Position numbers and translations under genes: made by a program. DNA of 64,000 nucleotides from Dehalococcoidia bacterium (GTDB lineage Bacteria > Chloroflexota > Dehalococcoidia > SM23-28-2 > RBG-16-64-32), in contig CAXXTF010000002.1 of assembly GCA_963665775.2 (NCBI GenBank), positions 64,001 through 128,000 on the forward strand. The letters run 5' to 3'. The notes below the pieces were generated by a model, which worked only from the letters and a program-made list of their open reading frames with translations, was not told the DNA's origin and made no database searches. Positions 10,226-19,149 of this stretch are shown here, piece after piece; position 1 is the first letter of the stretch, and every line of letters begins with the position of its first letter.

Positions 10226-11023
10226 ATGGATTTGGAGCTAGGCGGGCGCGTTGCGCTTGTCACCGGAGGCAGTCGGGGGATCGGCAGGGCTATCGCCTCG
10301 GAGCTAGCCAGTGAGGGGGTTGACGTGGCGATCTGCGCTCGCGGGCAGGAAGCTCTAGAGGCTACGGCGCATGATTTGGCACGGCAGACGGGCCGAAGGG
10401 TCATCCCAATTGTAGCCGACACCGCCAGGACGGATGAGGTGGAGAGGTTAGTCGAGGCGACCGCAGCCGAATTCGGCCGGCTGGACATCCTGGTGAATAA
10501 CGCCGGAAAGCCGGGTGGATTGGCGCCAGGACCGCTGGCAACCGTCACTGATGAGGCCATGATCGAAGACCTGAACGTCAAGTTCCTAGGATACTTACGA
10601 TGCGCCCGGGCAGTTGCTCCCATCATGCAGCGCCAGGGTTGGGGCAGGATCATCAATATTGGTGGGCTTTCCGGCCGAAGTGGGGGCACGTTCAGCACCG
10701 GGACCCGGAATATCGCCATCGTTCATATGAGCAAGACCCTCTCGCAGGAGTTGGGGCCATCTGGTATCACGGTGAACGTGGTCCATCCAGGCCTCACCCG
10801 TACGGAGTACATGACAGGCATGTTCGCTGAGCGGGCGCAGCGGGACGGGACCACCGTGGAAGAGGTCGAGCGCCAGCACAGCGAAAGCAACGCCATTCGG
10901 CGTGTTGTGGATGCCCGCGAGTTGGCCTATTTAGTATGTTTTCTGGCCTCTCCCAAGTCCTCTGCCGTTACAGGGGAGGTGATTAGCGGGGGAGGCGGGG
11001 CAGACCGTGCTGTCTTTCTCTAA
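10226..11023 (+). CDS. short-chain dehydrogenase/reductase
   Basis: VTGGSRGIG and LVNNAG; RBS gaggag. Confidence 0.93.
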   Translation: MDLELGGRVALVTGGSRGIGRAIASELASEGVDVAICARGQEALEATAHDLARQTGRRVIPIVADTARTDEVERLVEATAAEFGRLDILVNNAGKPGGLAPGPLATVTDEAMIEDLNVKFLGYLRCARAVAPIMQRQGWGRIINIGGLSGRSGGTFSTGTRNIAIVHMSKTLSQELGPSGITVNVVHPGLTRTEYMTGMFAERAQRDGTTVEEVERQHSESNAIRRVVDARELAYLVCFLASPKSSAVTGEVISGGGGADRAVFL

Positions 11024-11237
11024 GGCGGAACGCCTCTGACAGAGGCTGCGGCGGCGGCCAGTGAAGCATACCTTCCGCTCAGCCTTAAGTCGGGTCCGCG
11101 AACCGCCTATCGATCATTCCTAACGTTGGCTGGGCCTAAATCAGTCCCCTGTAATGCTAACATGGAGTCGGTAGCCCAGCGTGAGTCCCTGACGCACTGG
11201 GCACCTGCAACCGGTCACACTCAGAAGGAGGCTGTTT

Positions 11238-11453
11238 ATGTGTTGCGAGAAAGAATACGCGAGGCTTTTCGACGCTGGTGTATCCTTACAGCAAGCGCTC
11301 GGTGAGATGCCCCCTACATTCGTCTTGGGGTCAGGGGGACTCCAGTTACATGGCCAGATCAAAATTTTGATGGAGAAGGCGGCGGGAGCAGAGGAAACGT
11401 TTCGAGAAGCGAGGACGGCCTACGAGATAGCCTCGCGTCAACACGGCGGCTAG
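11238..11453 (+). CDS. small hypothetical protein
   Basis: Strong RBS (aaggagg) before ATG; no family recognised. Confidence 0.4.
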   Translation: MCCEKEYARLFDAGVSLQQALGEMPPTFVLGSGGLQLHGQIKILMEKAAGAEETFREARTAYEIASRQHGG

Positions 11454-11628
11454 GGAACGGCGATTATCCATATCGTTGGCGTTGCTGGTCGCCCAGGGCT
11501 GCTCGAATCTAGGCAGCGCCACCGTCCTCGACTGCTCCCTGGGCGCCGAGGCGTCGGGTGTGAAGCGGACCATGCGGATGTCGGATGTCTGAGGCTCTCC
11601 CCCTCTCCATGTGCGGGGAGTGGCTGCG

Positions 11629-11733
11629 GAGCCCTTCCTCATCGTTCGCGGGGAGCTGCAGCGCCGGGACGGCACCGTGAACGTCCTGGCGGCAGGAGCG
11701 GACGTGGCACCAGAGGCCCACAACTTCGGCTGA
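11629..11733 (+). pseudogene. 3' remnant of a DnaE2-like error-prone polymerase gene
   Basis: Translates as EPFLIVRGELQRRDGTVNVLAAGADVAPEAHNFG*, matching the end of the DnaE OB-fold plus an S(R/H)xF-like tail typical of DnaE2. Confidence 0.6.
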
Positions 11734-11790
11734 CCGGTCCAAATATGACCACAGATTAAGTCTGCACGGTGGGTCAGCGAATCAGGAGAC

Positions 11791-12456
11791 TTACCGCTGG
11801 TAGGTTCTGGGAAGCACGTCGACAGAGTCCCCGAGCTCAATCTGAAGCGCCTGGATAACGTCATGGGTGCTTTCAGGGGAATCGACGGTTACCCAAAAGT
11901 GAGTCACTTTGCCATCAATACCGTAAATCTCTTGGGCCAAGCTAAGGGGCAGAAGGATCGAGCGCGAAAGTGAAGCTGGGGCGGTCGAGAACTCGCCCGC
12001 CACCACCAACTCGTAAGCGGTCCCGTCCAGGGCGAAGGTATCGCCCGTCGTTAAGCCGAGGGAGTCGGCGTAGAGTTCCCCCATCAACACAAAGTTCTTG
12101 TTGTCGTCTTCGCCCCCAAGTTCCCTTCCCGCTGTCAGCTCGGCTTCCATTAGGTGTACGTCGGGTTGGCCAGTCATGATCCTCATCGGCGCACCAACCT
12201 CTACACCGACGACATCGAATGTCTCCATCCTTAACCGTACGTATTTCTCGACACGAACGACGTGCTCGAAGCTCAGAATCTCCTCCGAGAGGCCTTCCAG
12301 CAGCGGCACGCCCTTTTCCAATGACTTGACGACTATGAGATCAGTCCCTTCCTCGTGGGCTGGATCGTCATGATCTGCTGGACCCGAATCATCCCCTGTA
12401 CACGCCACAAACAGGGCGATCAGCGCTGCAACAATTAGGGCCGCAATTAGGGGCAC
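11791..12456 (-). CDS. lipoprotein with MacB-like periplasmic core domain
   Basis: Lipobox FVAC; GRELGGEDD...VLMGELYADSLGLTTGD and LPLSLAQEIYG. No permease TM domain. Confidence 0.7.
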   Translation of the reverse strand: MPLIAALIVAALIALFVACTGDDSGPADHDDPAHEEGTDLIVVKSLEKGVPLLEGLSEEILSFEHVVRVEKYVRLRMETFDVVGVEVGAPMRIMTGQPDVHLMEAELTAGRELGGEDDNKNFVLMGELYADSLGLTTGDTFALDGTAYELVVAGEFSTAPASLSRSILLPLSLAQEIYGIDGKVTHFWVTVDSPESTHDVIQALQIELGDSVDVLPRTYQR

Positions 12457-12525
12457 TGAGGCGGCGGCGGACGTCGGGCGATTTCCCTGCGACAGGTTAT
12501 CCTTTGCAGTATTTAGAGTGGGCTC

Positions 12526-13332
12526 CTACTTAACTATGAGCCGGGCTTTAAGCCCGGAGATCTCATCGAGTATTTCATAGATCCCAGAATCAGTTGGGGT
12601 GAATTCAAAAGTTGTGATCTCCCCCAAGCCAACATTAGGAGAGGCGGCAGAGTAGAACGGAAGCACAGAGATGTGGTGCTCTCCATCAGTCGCAAGGAGG
12701 TAGACTTTAACTGGAATCCCCTTCTGGACGGTTATCTCTTCTGGAACAACCCGAGGAGGATCTCCACCGTAGATCAGAGAGAAATATTGGACCCCTTGTT
12801 CGGCGCGGATTGAAGCCGCCGCCTGCTCATCCTCGACTACGAACAGCGTGGCATTGAAGCCGTGACCGACGTTGCTGATCTTGAACTCTCCGACCTGATC
12901 AGGAAGAAACTCGAAAACCGCGATCTCTCCTGGAAAGACAGTTTCCGAAGTGTTGAAAAAGGGCTCAATGGTGAACTGGTTGACGTGTTCCCTGTGAAGA
13001 CGACTGAAGTAGAGTCTAACTGGTACGTTAACTTGGAGAAAGACAATGTTAGGGAAAAAAGCGATTGCCGCATAGTTCTCCAGGAGGGCCAGCTCCTGCA
13101 GTGCCAGCCCTGATGGCGTTTCGCCCACGCCAGACGCGGGCGTCGCGGCCGTAGGCGACGATGGCCCGGCTGTACTCGATATCGGCGCGGTCGTGGGCGA
13201 GGATGTCGCTGCGGTAGGCTCGGACATTGGGGTTGTGGTTCCTCCAGCACAGGCAGCTAATAGGGCCAGGCTCACTGCCGAACAGGCGATTACGTGCCGA
13301 GTCACGCTTTCCATTACTTCCTCGGCAAACAT
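12526..13332 (-). CDS. lipoprotein with two cupredoxin-like domains
   Basis: Lipobox LAAC, a Ser/Thr/Pro linker, and two repeats of P..I.V..G.PV.L....FEF.P...G.(F/Y).I. Confidence 0.7.
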   Translation of the reverse strand: MFAEEVMESVTRHVIACSAVSLALLAACAGGTTTPMSEPTAATSSPTTAPISSTAGPSSPTAATPASGVGETPSGLALQELALLENYAAIAFFPNIVFLQVNVPVRLYFSRLHREHVNQFTIEPFFNTSETVFPGEIAVFEFLPDQVGEFKISNVGHGFNATLFVVEDEQAAASIRAEQGVQYFSLIYGGDPPRVVPEEITVQKGIPVKVYLLATDGEHHISVLPFYSAASPNVGLGEITTFEFTPTDSGIYEILDEISGLKARLIVK

Positions 13333-13576
13333 ACATCATGAATCGGCGGTCGAACAAGCTTCACGTTAGTGCGCGGGGGGTAGCGCGCTATCCACAGTAG
13401 GAACGGTACACCCTTACCGACCGAACACGACGTGTGGGTAGTGGCCGCTTTGAGGGCCCATCGTTCGAACCTTCTGCCTGGCAGGTAGCGCATCCAGAGG
13501 GCCAAACTGCGGGCGAGAGTAGATAGGGTCGCCGGTGCCCGCACGCGGCTCGTGCCGCTAAGGTAAGACGGATATG

Positions 13577-14602
13577 TCATGGAGCCCCTGCCACACACTG
13601 CGAGCCTAGTCCTCCCCCGAAGTGTATGCTGACAATAGGCCTGAAATCAGATGAGAAATCGCCCGCAGCTTCGCAGAAGACCGTGCCGAGCTGCTGAATC
13701 ACCCTTAGCCGCTCTGGTCTGTCCTGAGCCTCGACCGCTTGAGAGAATTCTTGGAATAGCTCCACTTGCTCGTCGAAGTATTGGAGCAGGCGGTTGTGGT
13801 CGTCACGAAACTCGTCGCTCGGGTCTAAGTCATGTATCTTATCGTGGGTTTCATCCAGAAGATTGCCCAAGTCTGGTCCGATGAGTTCGAACAAATTGTA
13901 ATAGTCCTCGGGGGCAATGAGAGCGGCGTAGCTTACCGCACCGAACAACTCTGGGTCGGCCGTATCCCGAAGAGCCTCCACCCTCGGGGCGAATTCGGCG
14001 TCGAACTGCTTCACGATACTGTGAAGCTCCTTGTCGTAAGCGCCCCCCGGGACGTCTCCATCGCCGGCACAAAAACGGCTGGTAGGATGGTCAAGGGTGA
14101 ATACCGCTTGGCAGAATGGCGCTGACACTGCCAGAGCTAACCGGGCCTGGATTAGGCCCAGTTCTGTGTTGGCGACTGTAAAGGCCCCAATATCCCCTTC
14201 TTCTGCTGCTTGGCCGACCTTTCTGTCGGCGGCTACCTCAGTGCGGATACCTTCTAACGCGACATCATGGTCGGCGCGGAATCTCTCAGGTGGGTCGAGT
14301 CGCTCAAACGCCTCCAGGACCGGGTCGAACGTCGTGCCGGCCCCCGCTTCCTTCAACGCGCCAAGGAACGCATCAGCGGAAGCGAAAGACTGGATCAGGA
14401 TTCCCCGGAACTTCTCAAAATTGGGCCCAGACTGCCGGAACGCGATACTAACTCGTCGTAGATAGTCCTGCTCGTCTGGGCTAACCGTTGCCACGACCTC
14501 AGCTGTCGGCGTAGCTTCTGACGACTCGTTGTCTCCCCCACAAGCAGCCAGCAGCGTTACTCCGAGTATGGCTGCCCCGACTGCCAGAGCCTCAACCTTC
14601 AT
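13577..14602 (-). CDS. helical lipoprotein with internal duplication
   Basis: Lipobox LAAC; duplicated LDPPERFRADH / LDPSDEFRDDH motif; probable start MKVEALAV. Confidence 0.7.
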   Translation of the reverse strand: MKVEALAVGAAILGVTLLAACGGDNESSEATPTAEVVATVSPDEQDYLRRVSIAFRQSGPNFEKFRGILIQSFASADAFLGALKEAGAGTTFDPVLEAFERLDPPERFRADHDVALEGIRTEVAADRKVGQAAEEGDIGAFTVANTELGLIQARLALAVSAPFCQAVFTLDHPTSRFCAGDGDVPGGAYDKELHSIVKQFDAEFAPRVEALRDTADPELFGAVSYAALIAPEDYYNLFELIGPDLGNLLDETHDKIHDLDPSDEFRDDHNRLLQYFDEQVELFQEFSQAVEAQDRPERLRVIQQLGTVFCEAAGDFSSDFRPIVSIHFGGGLGSQCVAGAP

Positions 14603-14966
14603 GCCCAGCACGGTTGCACCTCCCCCTAGGGCCTCAATGTCGATTATACGACGCGATGAGCGATTACGGTTTTGATGGCTCGGCTGGCCGTCTCTCCACT
14701 CCCAGGCGAGATCATAGACGCCGCGCTGCTGCGCCATCATCATGTGCAAATAGAGATGGCCGTGGCGGCGACGCTCCGAGGGGCTAAACCTCCAAGCAGG
14801 GGGCATCTCGCACCCCGGCGGCCTGTTCTACACTACCGAGGGCCGGTTAGCCACGTCACCGGACGGAGGCGGAGAATTGAGAGGCGCTTGAGATACGGAA
14901 CGGACTCCAGTGGAAGCCGGTGGCCGATTCTCTGATTGGAACCGGTTCAGGAGGAGAGGATCAGGT

Positions 14967-15200
14967 TCAGAACAGTACCGCGATCCCTATTACGACTAAG
15001 ACCAGGGCAACCAGCATGGTCGCCACCAGAGCGAGTTCTACTGCCGCCAAACCCTGCTCGGAGGTCACCCGTTGGCGTGCCGACCCGGGCCGCCGATAAG
15101 CGATGCGGGCCGCGGTCGGTTCATCCCCTGGGCCCGTCCTCCGTGCCAACACGCTTTCTAATGAGGGCCGATGCCTTCCGATAACGCCTCCAGAGAGCAT
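14967..15200 (-). CDS. small Flp/TadE-like prepilin
   Basis: SEQG|LAAVELALVATMLVALVLVVIG: Gly(-1), Glu(+5) and a hydrophobic helix. Start uncertain. Confidence 0.5.
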   Translation of the reverse strand: MLSGGVIGRHRPSLESVLARRTGPGDEPTAARIAYRRPGSARQRVTSEQGLAAVELALVATMLVALVLVVIGIAVLF

Positions 15201-15427
15201 ACTGACGCGCAGTATAACACTTCCCGGTGGCGTAAGGCCAGATGTGTGATGTGTCGGGAGATGTGAGATGAGCGCGGGGGTGAAGAAGAGTCGGGCCTGG
15301 GTGTAGGGTCGGCGTCCATTCGCCCTGGAACCACACTCATGGCAGGCGATAGTGGCGCGTCGCCCGCCGCCAGCCAAGGAAGTCCGGCAACACGATCCGC
15401 TAGATACGGTGAGCAGATCGATTCCTT

Positions 15428-15481
15428 AATGTACCGAACGAGTACATTCTGTTGACAGTAGAAATGCGCACGCTATAGAAT
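15428..15481 (+). promoter_or_regulatory. inverted repeat AATGTAC-N7-GTACATT abutting a sigma70-like promoter (TTGACA 15452-15457)
   Basis: Perfect 7-bp inverted repeat directly upstream of TTGACA, with TATAGA/TAGAAT 16-18 bp later. Precedes the regulator-haem operon. Confidence 0.5.
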
Positions 15482-15525
15482 CGACCCAGACGCTTTACAC
15501 CGTGACTTGCACAGGTTAGTGAGGT

Positions 15526-16212
15526 TTGTCCTTGATCGCCTGTTACCGTGATAATGCTGAAGTTTTGCCCACTCGCTGGATAACCCTGGGCCGGGCCTGC
15601 AAGCTTCTCGGCGTCAATGAGTCGACCCTAAGACGCTGGGCTGACGCCGGCCAAGTCCGCTCCTTCCGAACGCCGGGCGGACATCGTCGCTTCTCTCAAG
15701 AGGAGCTGGGGGCCCTAGTAGCCGGGCAGGGAGGAGCCAGACGGGAGCCGTATGACTCCCTCAGCGAGATGGCCCTATCCCGAATTCGTGGCCGCCTGCA
15801 GCAGGACGGAGGCCAGACTGCCTCCTGGTACTCGGGTCTCCCTGAGGAGAAGCGCGAACGGCTGCGGCTGCTGGGCCGTCGCCTCGTCGTCTTGGTCTCC
15901 GCATATCTCACCAAGGGCGCGCGGCGCACTCAGCTTGCGGAGGAAGCCAGGGAGATCGGAAATGACTACGGCCGCCAGTTGGCTGAGAGCGGATTGAGCC
16001 TGCACGACGCCTTGGAAGCCTTTTTCTTCTTCCGTAAAAGCCTTGATGAGACGGCGATGGAGGTGGCCCAAAAGAGCGAGCTCTCTACCGAAGAGGCCGT
16101 CGAGGTGTGGGAACTCCTATCCGATCTAGCCGATCAAGTGCTGCTTGCTATAGCTGAGACGTACGAAGGGGGCGCGACCTCCCCCGCTACCGCCACCACT
16201 ACACCCGCCTAG
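15526..16212 (+). CDS. MerR/excisionase-type HTH regulator with helical C-terminal sensor domain
   Basis: ITLGRACKLLGVNESTLRRWADAGQVRSFRTPGGHRRF. Confidence 0.85.
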   Translation: MSLIACYRDNAEVLPTRWITLGRACKLLGVNESTLRRWADAGQVRSFRTPGGHRRFSQEELGALVAGQGGARREPYDSLSEMALSRIRGRLQQDGGQTASWYSGLPEEKRERLRLLGRRLVVLVSAYLTKGARRTQLAEEAREIGNDYGRQLAESGLSLHDALEAFFFFRKSLDETAMEVAQKSELSTEEAVEVWELLSDLADQVLLAIAETYEGGATSPATATTTPA

Positions 16213-16234
16213 CTAGATATAGAAAGAGAGCCGT

Positions 16235-17494
16235 ATGTTAGGTGTAACCCGACTTCTCTGCGGGACCGCCACGCCAGGCGATGCCTTGCGCTTTGGCCGG
16301 CAGAGTGGGCAGCTCCCGCCCCATCTCCTCCACTACTCGCAGGACAAGAAGCCAGTCGTCGTCTGGAATCTCACCCGCAGCTGCAACCTGCACTGTGCCC
16401 ACTGCTACACAGACTCCTATGACAAGCACTACGAGGGCGAGCTCTCCACTGAAGAGGCGATGAAGGTCATCGACGAGCTGGCCCAGTTCGGTGTCCCCGT
16501 CATCCTCTTCTCCGGCGGCGAACCACTGCTGCGAGAGGATCTCTTCCAGCTGATCCGCTACGCCAAGGAGAATGGTATCCGCGGCGTCCTATCGACCAAC
16601 GGGACCCTGATCAGCCCGCAGGTGGCGCGCCAACTCGCCGAGTTCGGCCTCTCTTACGTAGGCGTCAGCATCGACGGCCCGGAACACGTCCACGACAAGT
16701 TCCGCGGCAAGAAGGGGGCATTCCAGCAGTCTCTGCACGGCATTCGAAACTGCCTGGCGGAAGGCATCCGGGTGGGCATTCGCATGACTCTCACCAAGTA
16801 CAACCACGAGTACATCGATGACATATTCCGCCTCCTCGAGGAGGAGGAGATTCCCCGTATCTGTTTCTACCACCTGGCCTATGCCGGTCGGGGCGAGCGC
16901 CTCCAGGAGAAGCATGGCGTCGACCTCAGCCACGAGGAGACCCGTGCTGCCGTCGACAAGATATTCGACCATGCCCGGGACTTGGACCGCCGCGGCATCA
17001 GCAAGGACATCCTCACCGTGGACAATCACACGGACGGGGTCTACCTCTACCTACGCGCCCTCCAGGAGCAGCCGGACAGGGCGGATGAGATATACCAGAT
17101 GCTGAAGTGGAACGGTGGTAATCAGTCAGGCGTCGCCGTAGCCGATATCGATTACCTGGGCAACGTCCATGCCGATCAGTTCTGGTCCACTTACACCTTC
17201 GGCAACGTGCGGGAGCGGCCCTTCGGCGAGATATGGACGGATACCTCGGACTCAGTGATGCGCACGCTGAAGGACCGGCGTGGCCAGATCACGGGCAAGT
17301 GCTCCAAGTGCCCCTACTTCGAGATCTGCAACGGCAACCTGCGCGTCCGAGCCTGGTCCTACTTCGGCGATATGTGGGCCGAGGACCCCGCCTGCTACCT
17401 CGATCACGAGGAGCTGGGCATCCCTAGAGACGAGACGACCGCTAGCCCCGATGCCCCAGAGCCGGTGCCCCTGGCGAGCATACCCTGGAGGTAG
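16235..17494 (+). CDS. ahbC: radical SAM/SPASM protein, AhbC (12,18-didecarboxysirohaem deacetylase)
   Basis: CxxxCxxC (CNLHCAHC), AhbC-type N-terminus (GDALRFGR...DKKPVVVWN), SPASM cysteines, and haem operon context. Confidence 0.82.
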   Translation: MLGVTRLLCGTATPGDALRFGRQSGQLPPHLLHYSQDKKPVVVWNLTRSCNLHCAHCYTDSYDKHYEGELSTEEAMKVIDELAQFGVPVILFSGGEPLLREDLFQLIRYAKENGIRGVLSTNGTLISPQVARQLAEFGLSYVGVSIDGPEHVHDKFRGKKGAFQQSLHGIRNCLAEGIRVGIRMTLTKYNHEYIDDIFRLLEEEEIPRICFYHLAYAGRGERLQEKHGVDLSHEETRAAVDKIFDHARDLDRRGISKDILTVDNHTDGVYLYLRALQEQPDRADEIYQMLKWNGGNQSGVAVADIDYLGNVHADQFWSTYTFGNVRERPFGEIWTDTSDSVMRTLKDRRGQITGKCSKCPYFEICNGNLRVRAWSYFGDMWAEDPACYLDHEELGIPRDETTASPDAPEPVPLASIPWR

Positions 17495-17495
17495 G

Positions 17496-18134
17496 GTGCG
17501 GTACTATCCGGTCTTTCTGGACATCGCTGGTAAGCCGGTAGTGGTCATCGGCGGTGGCGAGGTAGCTCTGCGCAAGGTGGAGGGGCTGCTAGCTGCCGGC
17601 GCTCAAGTCACCGTCGTGAGCCCGGAGCTTTACCCTGAGCTGCGCGGCCTTGTCGAGGAAGACCGCCTGCGGTACGAGCGGCGGGAATACCGCTGGGGAG
17701 ACTTGGAAGGGTACGCCCTGGCCTTCGTGGCCAGCGACGACCGCTCGGCGAACGCCGCGGTCGCTAGTGAAGGCCGAGAGCGCGGCGTCTGGGTCAACGC
17801 CGTGGACGACCCGGAGCGCTGCGATTTCATCATGCCGAGCATCGTGCAACGGGGCGATTTCGTCGTCGCCATCTCCACCAGCGGCGGCAGCCCGGCCATG
17901 GCCCGCAAGCTGCGAGAGGAGATGGAGCGGTTCCTGACGGATGACTACGTCCTCTTGCTGGATCTGGCCACAGAGGTACGGCGCGACCTGCGCGAGAAGG
18001 GGATTCTGGTGGATCCCGAGGTCTGGAACATCGCTCTCGATGGGGAGTTGCGGGGCCTCTTAGCAGAGGGACGCCAGGTCGAGGCGAAGGATCGCCTGGT
18101 TCAGTCTCTGTTGCAGCCAGCAAGGGAAGGATGA
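17496..18134 (+). CDS. sirC: precorrin-2 dehydrogenase/sirohydrochlorin ferrochelatase (CysG N-terminal/SirC)
   Basis: YYPVFLD, VIGGGEVALRK, NAVDDPERCDF, AISTSGGSPAMARK; GTG start at 17496. Confidence 0.9.
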   Translation: MRYYPVFLDIAGKPVVVIGGGEVALRKVEGLLAAGAQVTVVSPELYPELRGLVEEDRLRYERREYRWGDLEGYALAFVASDDRSANAAVASEGRERGVWVNAVDDPERCDFIMPSIVQRGDFVVAISTSGGSPAMARKLREEMERFLTDDYVLLLDLATEVRRDLREKGILVDPEVWNIALDGELRGLLAEGRQVEAKDRLVQSLLQPAREG

Positions 18135-18204
18135 GGCGCTCCTCGCCGGGGGAGCGATCGGTAGCCCCTCGAAAGCAGGAGCGCTGAGAAAGCCAGCGAG
18201 TGTT

Positions 18205-19149
18205 GTGTCCCAGCGCACTTTCATCATTGGCACTCGGGAGAGCCGCCTGGCTGGGCGCCAGACGGAGATAATCCTGGAATCCCTCCGCTCGGCTCGTCCC
18301 CAGGCGCCCTTCGAAGTCCGCTCGATTCGCACCACCGGCGACGCGTCCCGCGCCTCGCTCAGCGAAATCGGCGGTCGCGGCGTGTTCGTCATCGAGCTGG
18401 AGCGGGCCCTCCTCTCCGGCGAAATAGACTTCGCCGTTCACAGCCTCAAGGACCTGCCCAGCCTGGAGACTCCGGGCCTAACCATAGCGGCCGTGAGCCG
18501 CCGCGAGGAGCCCCGGGACGCCATCGTAGCCCGTGACCGCCTCACCCTGGCCAATCTCCCATCGCGCGCCGTCGTCGGCACCGGCAGCCCCCGTCGGGCC
18601 GCCCAGACCCTGGCCCTGCGGCCCGACCTACGCATCGCCGACATCCGCGGTAACGTGGACACGCGCATTCGGAAGGTAGAGCAAGGGGAGTACGACGCGG
18701 TAGTACTGGCCGCCGCCGGCCTGGCCCGCTTGGGCTGCCTGGAGCGGGCCACGGAAATCCTGCCGGTCGAGGTGATGCTCCCCGCCGTGGGGCAGGGCGC
18801 CCTGGCCGTCCAGGTCCGGATCGACGACGCGGAGGCGGCGGCACTCGTCCGGACGGCCGACGATCCCTCTACCCACGTAGCCACCGATGCCGAGCGAGCC
18901 TTCGAGCGCGCCCTCGGCGCCTGCCTGCCGGACGGCAGGGCGGGCTGCCAGGCCGCCATCGCCGCCCTGGGCGAGGTAGGGGGAGGCCGACTGCATCTGC
19001 GCGGCCTCGTCGCCGACCCGACGGGCGGCCGCCTCCTCCGGAGCGAGGTCGAGGGTCCTGTCGCCGACGCGGATGAGCTCGGCAGTCGGCTGGCCGGGCA
19101 GCTCATCGATCAGGGAGCGGCGGCCCTGTTGCTGGAGGCGGCGTCATGA
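18205..19149 (+). CDS. hemC: hydroxymethylbilane synthase
   Basis: IGTRESRLA, AVHSLKDLP, IRGNVDTR, LPAVGQGAL. Contains a 7-aa in-frame insertion next to the cofactor Cys. Confidence 0.95.
   Translation: MSQRTFIIGTRESRLAGRQTEIILESLRSARPQAPFEVRSIRTTGDASRASLSEIGGRGVFVIELERALLSGEIDFAVHSLKDLPSLETPGLTIAAVSRREEPRDAIVARDRLTLANLPSRAVVGTGSPRRAAQTLALRPDLRIADIRGNVDTRIRKVEQGEYDAVVLAAAGLARLGCLERATEILPVEVMLPAVGQGALAVQVRIDDAEAAALVRTADDPSTHVATDAERAFERALGACLPDGRAGCQAAIAALGEVGGGRLHLRGLVADPTGGRLLRSEVEGPVADADELGSRLAGQLIDQGAAALLLEAAS
18919..18939. repeat. 21-bp palindromic insertion (GCCTGCCTGCCGGACGGCAGG) in hemC
   Basis: Removing it restores LGAGCQ; contains the hairpin CCTGCC-ggac-GGCAGG. Confidence 0.7.

Noticed and set aside
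12960-12975. TCAATGGTGA match to the dnaN end as a second att site
   Set aside because: Only about 10 bp, inside an intact gene and on the wrong side of dnaN; expected by chance.
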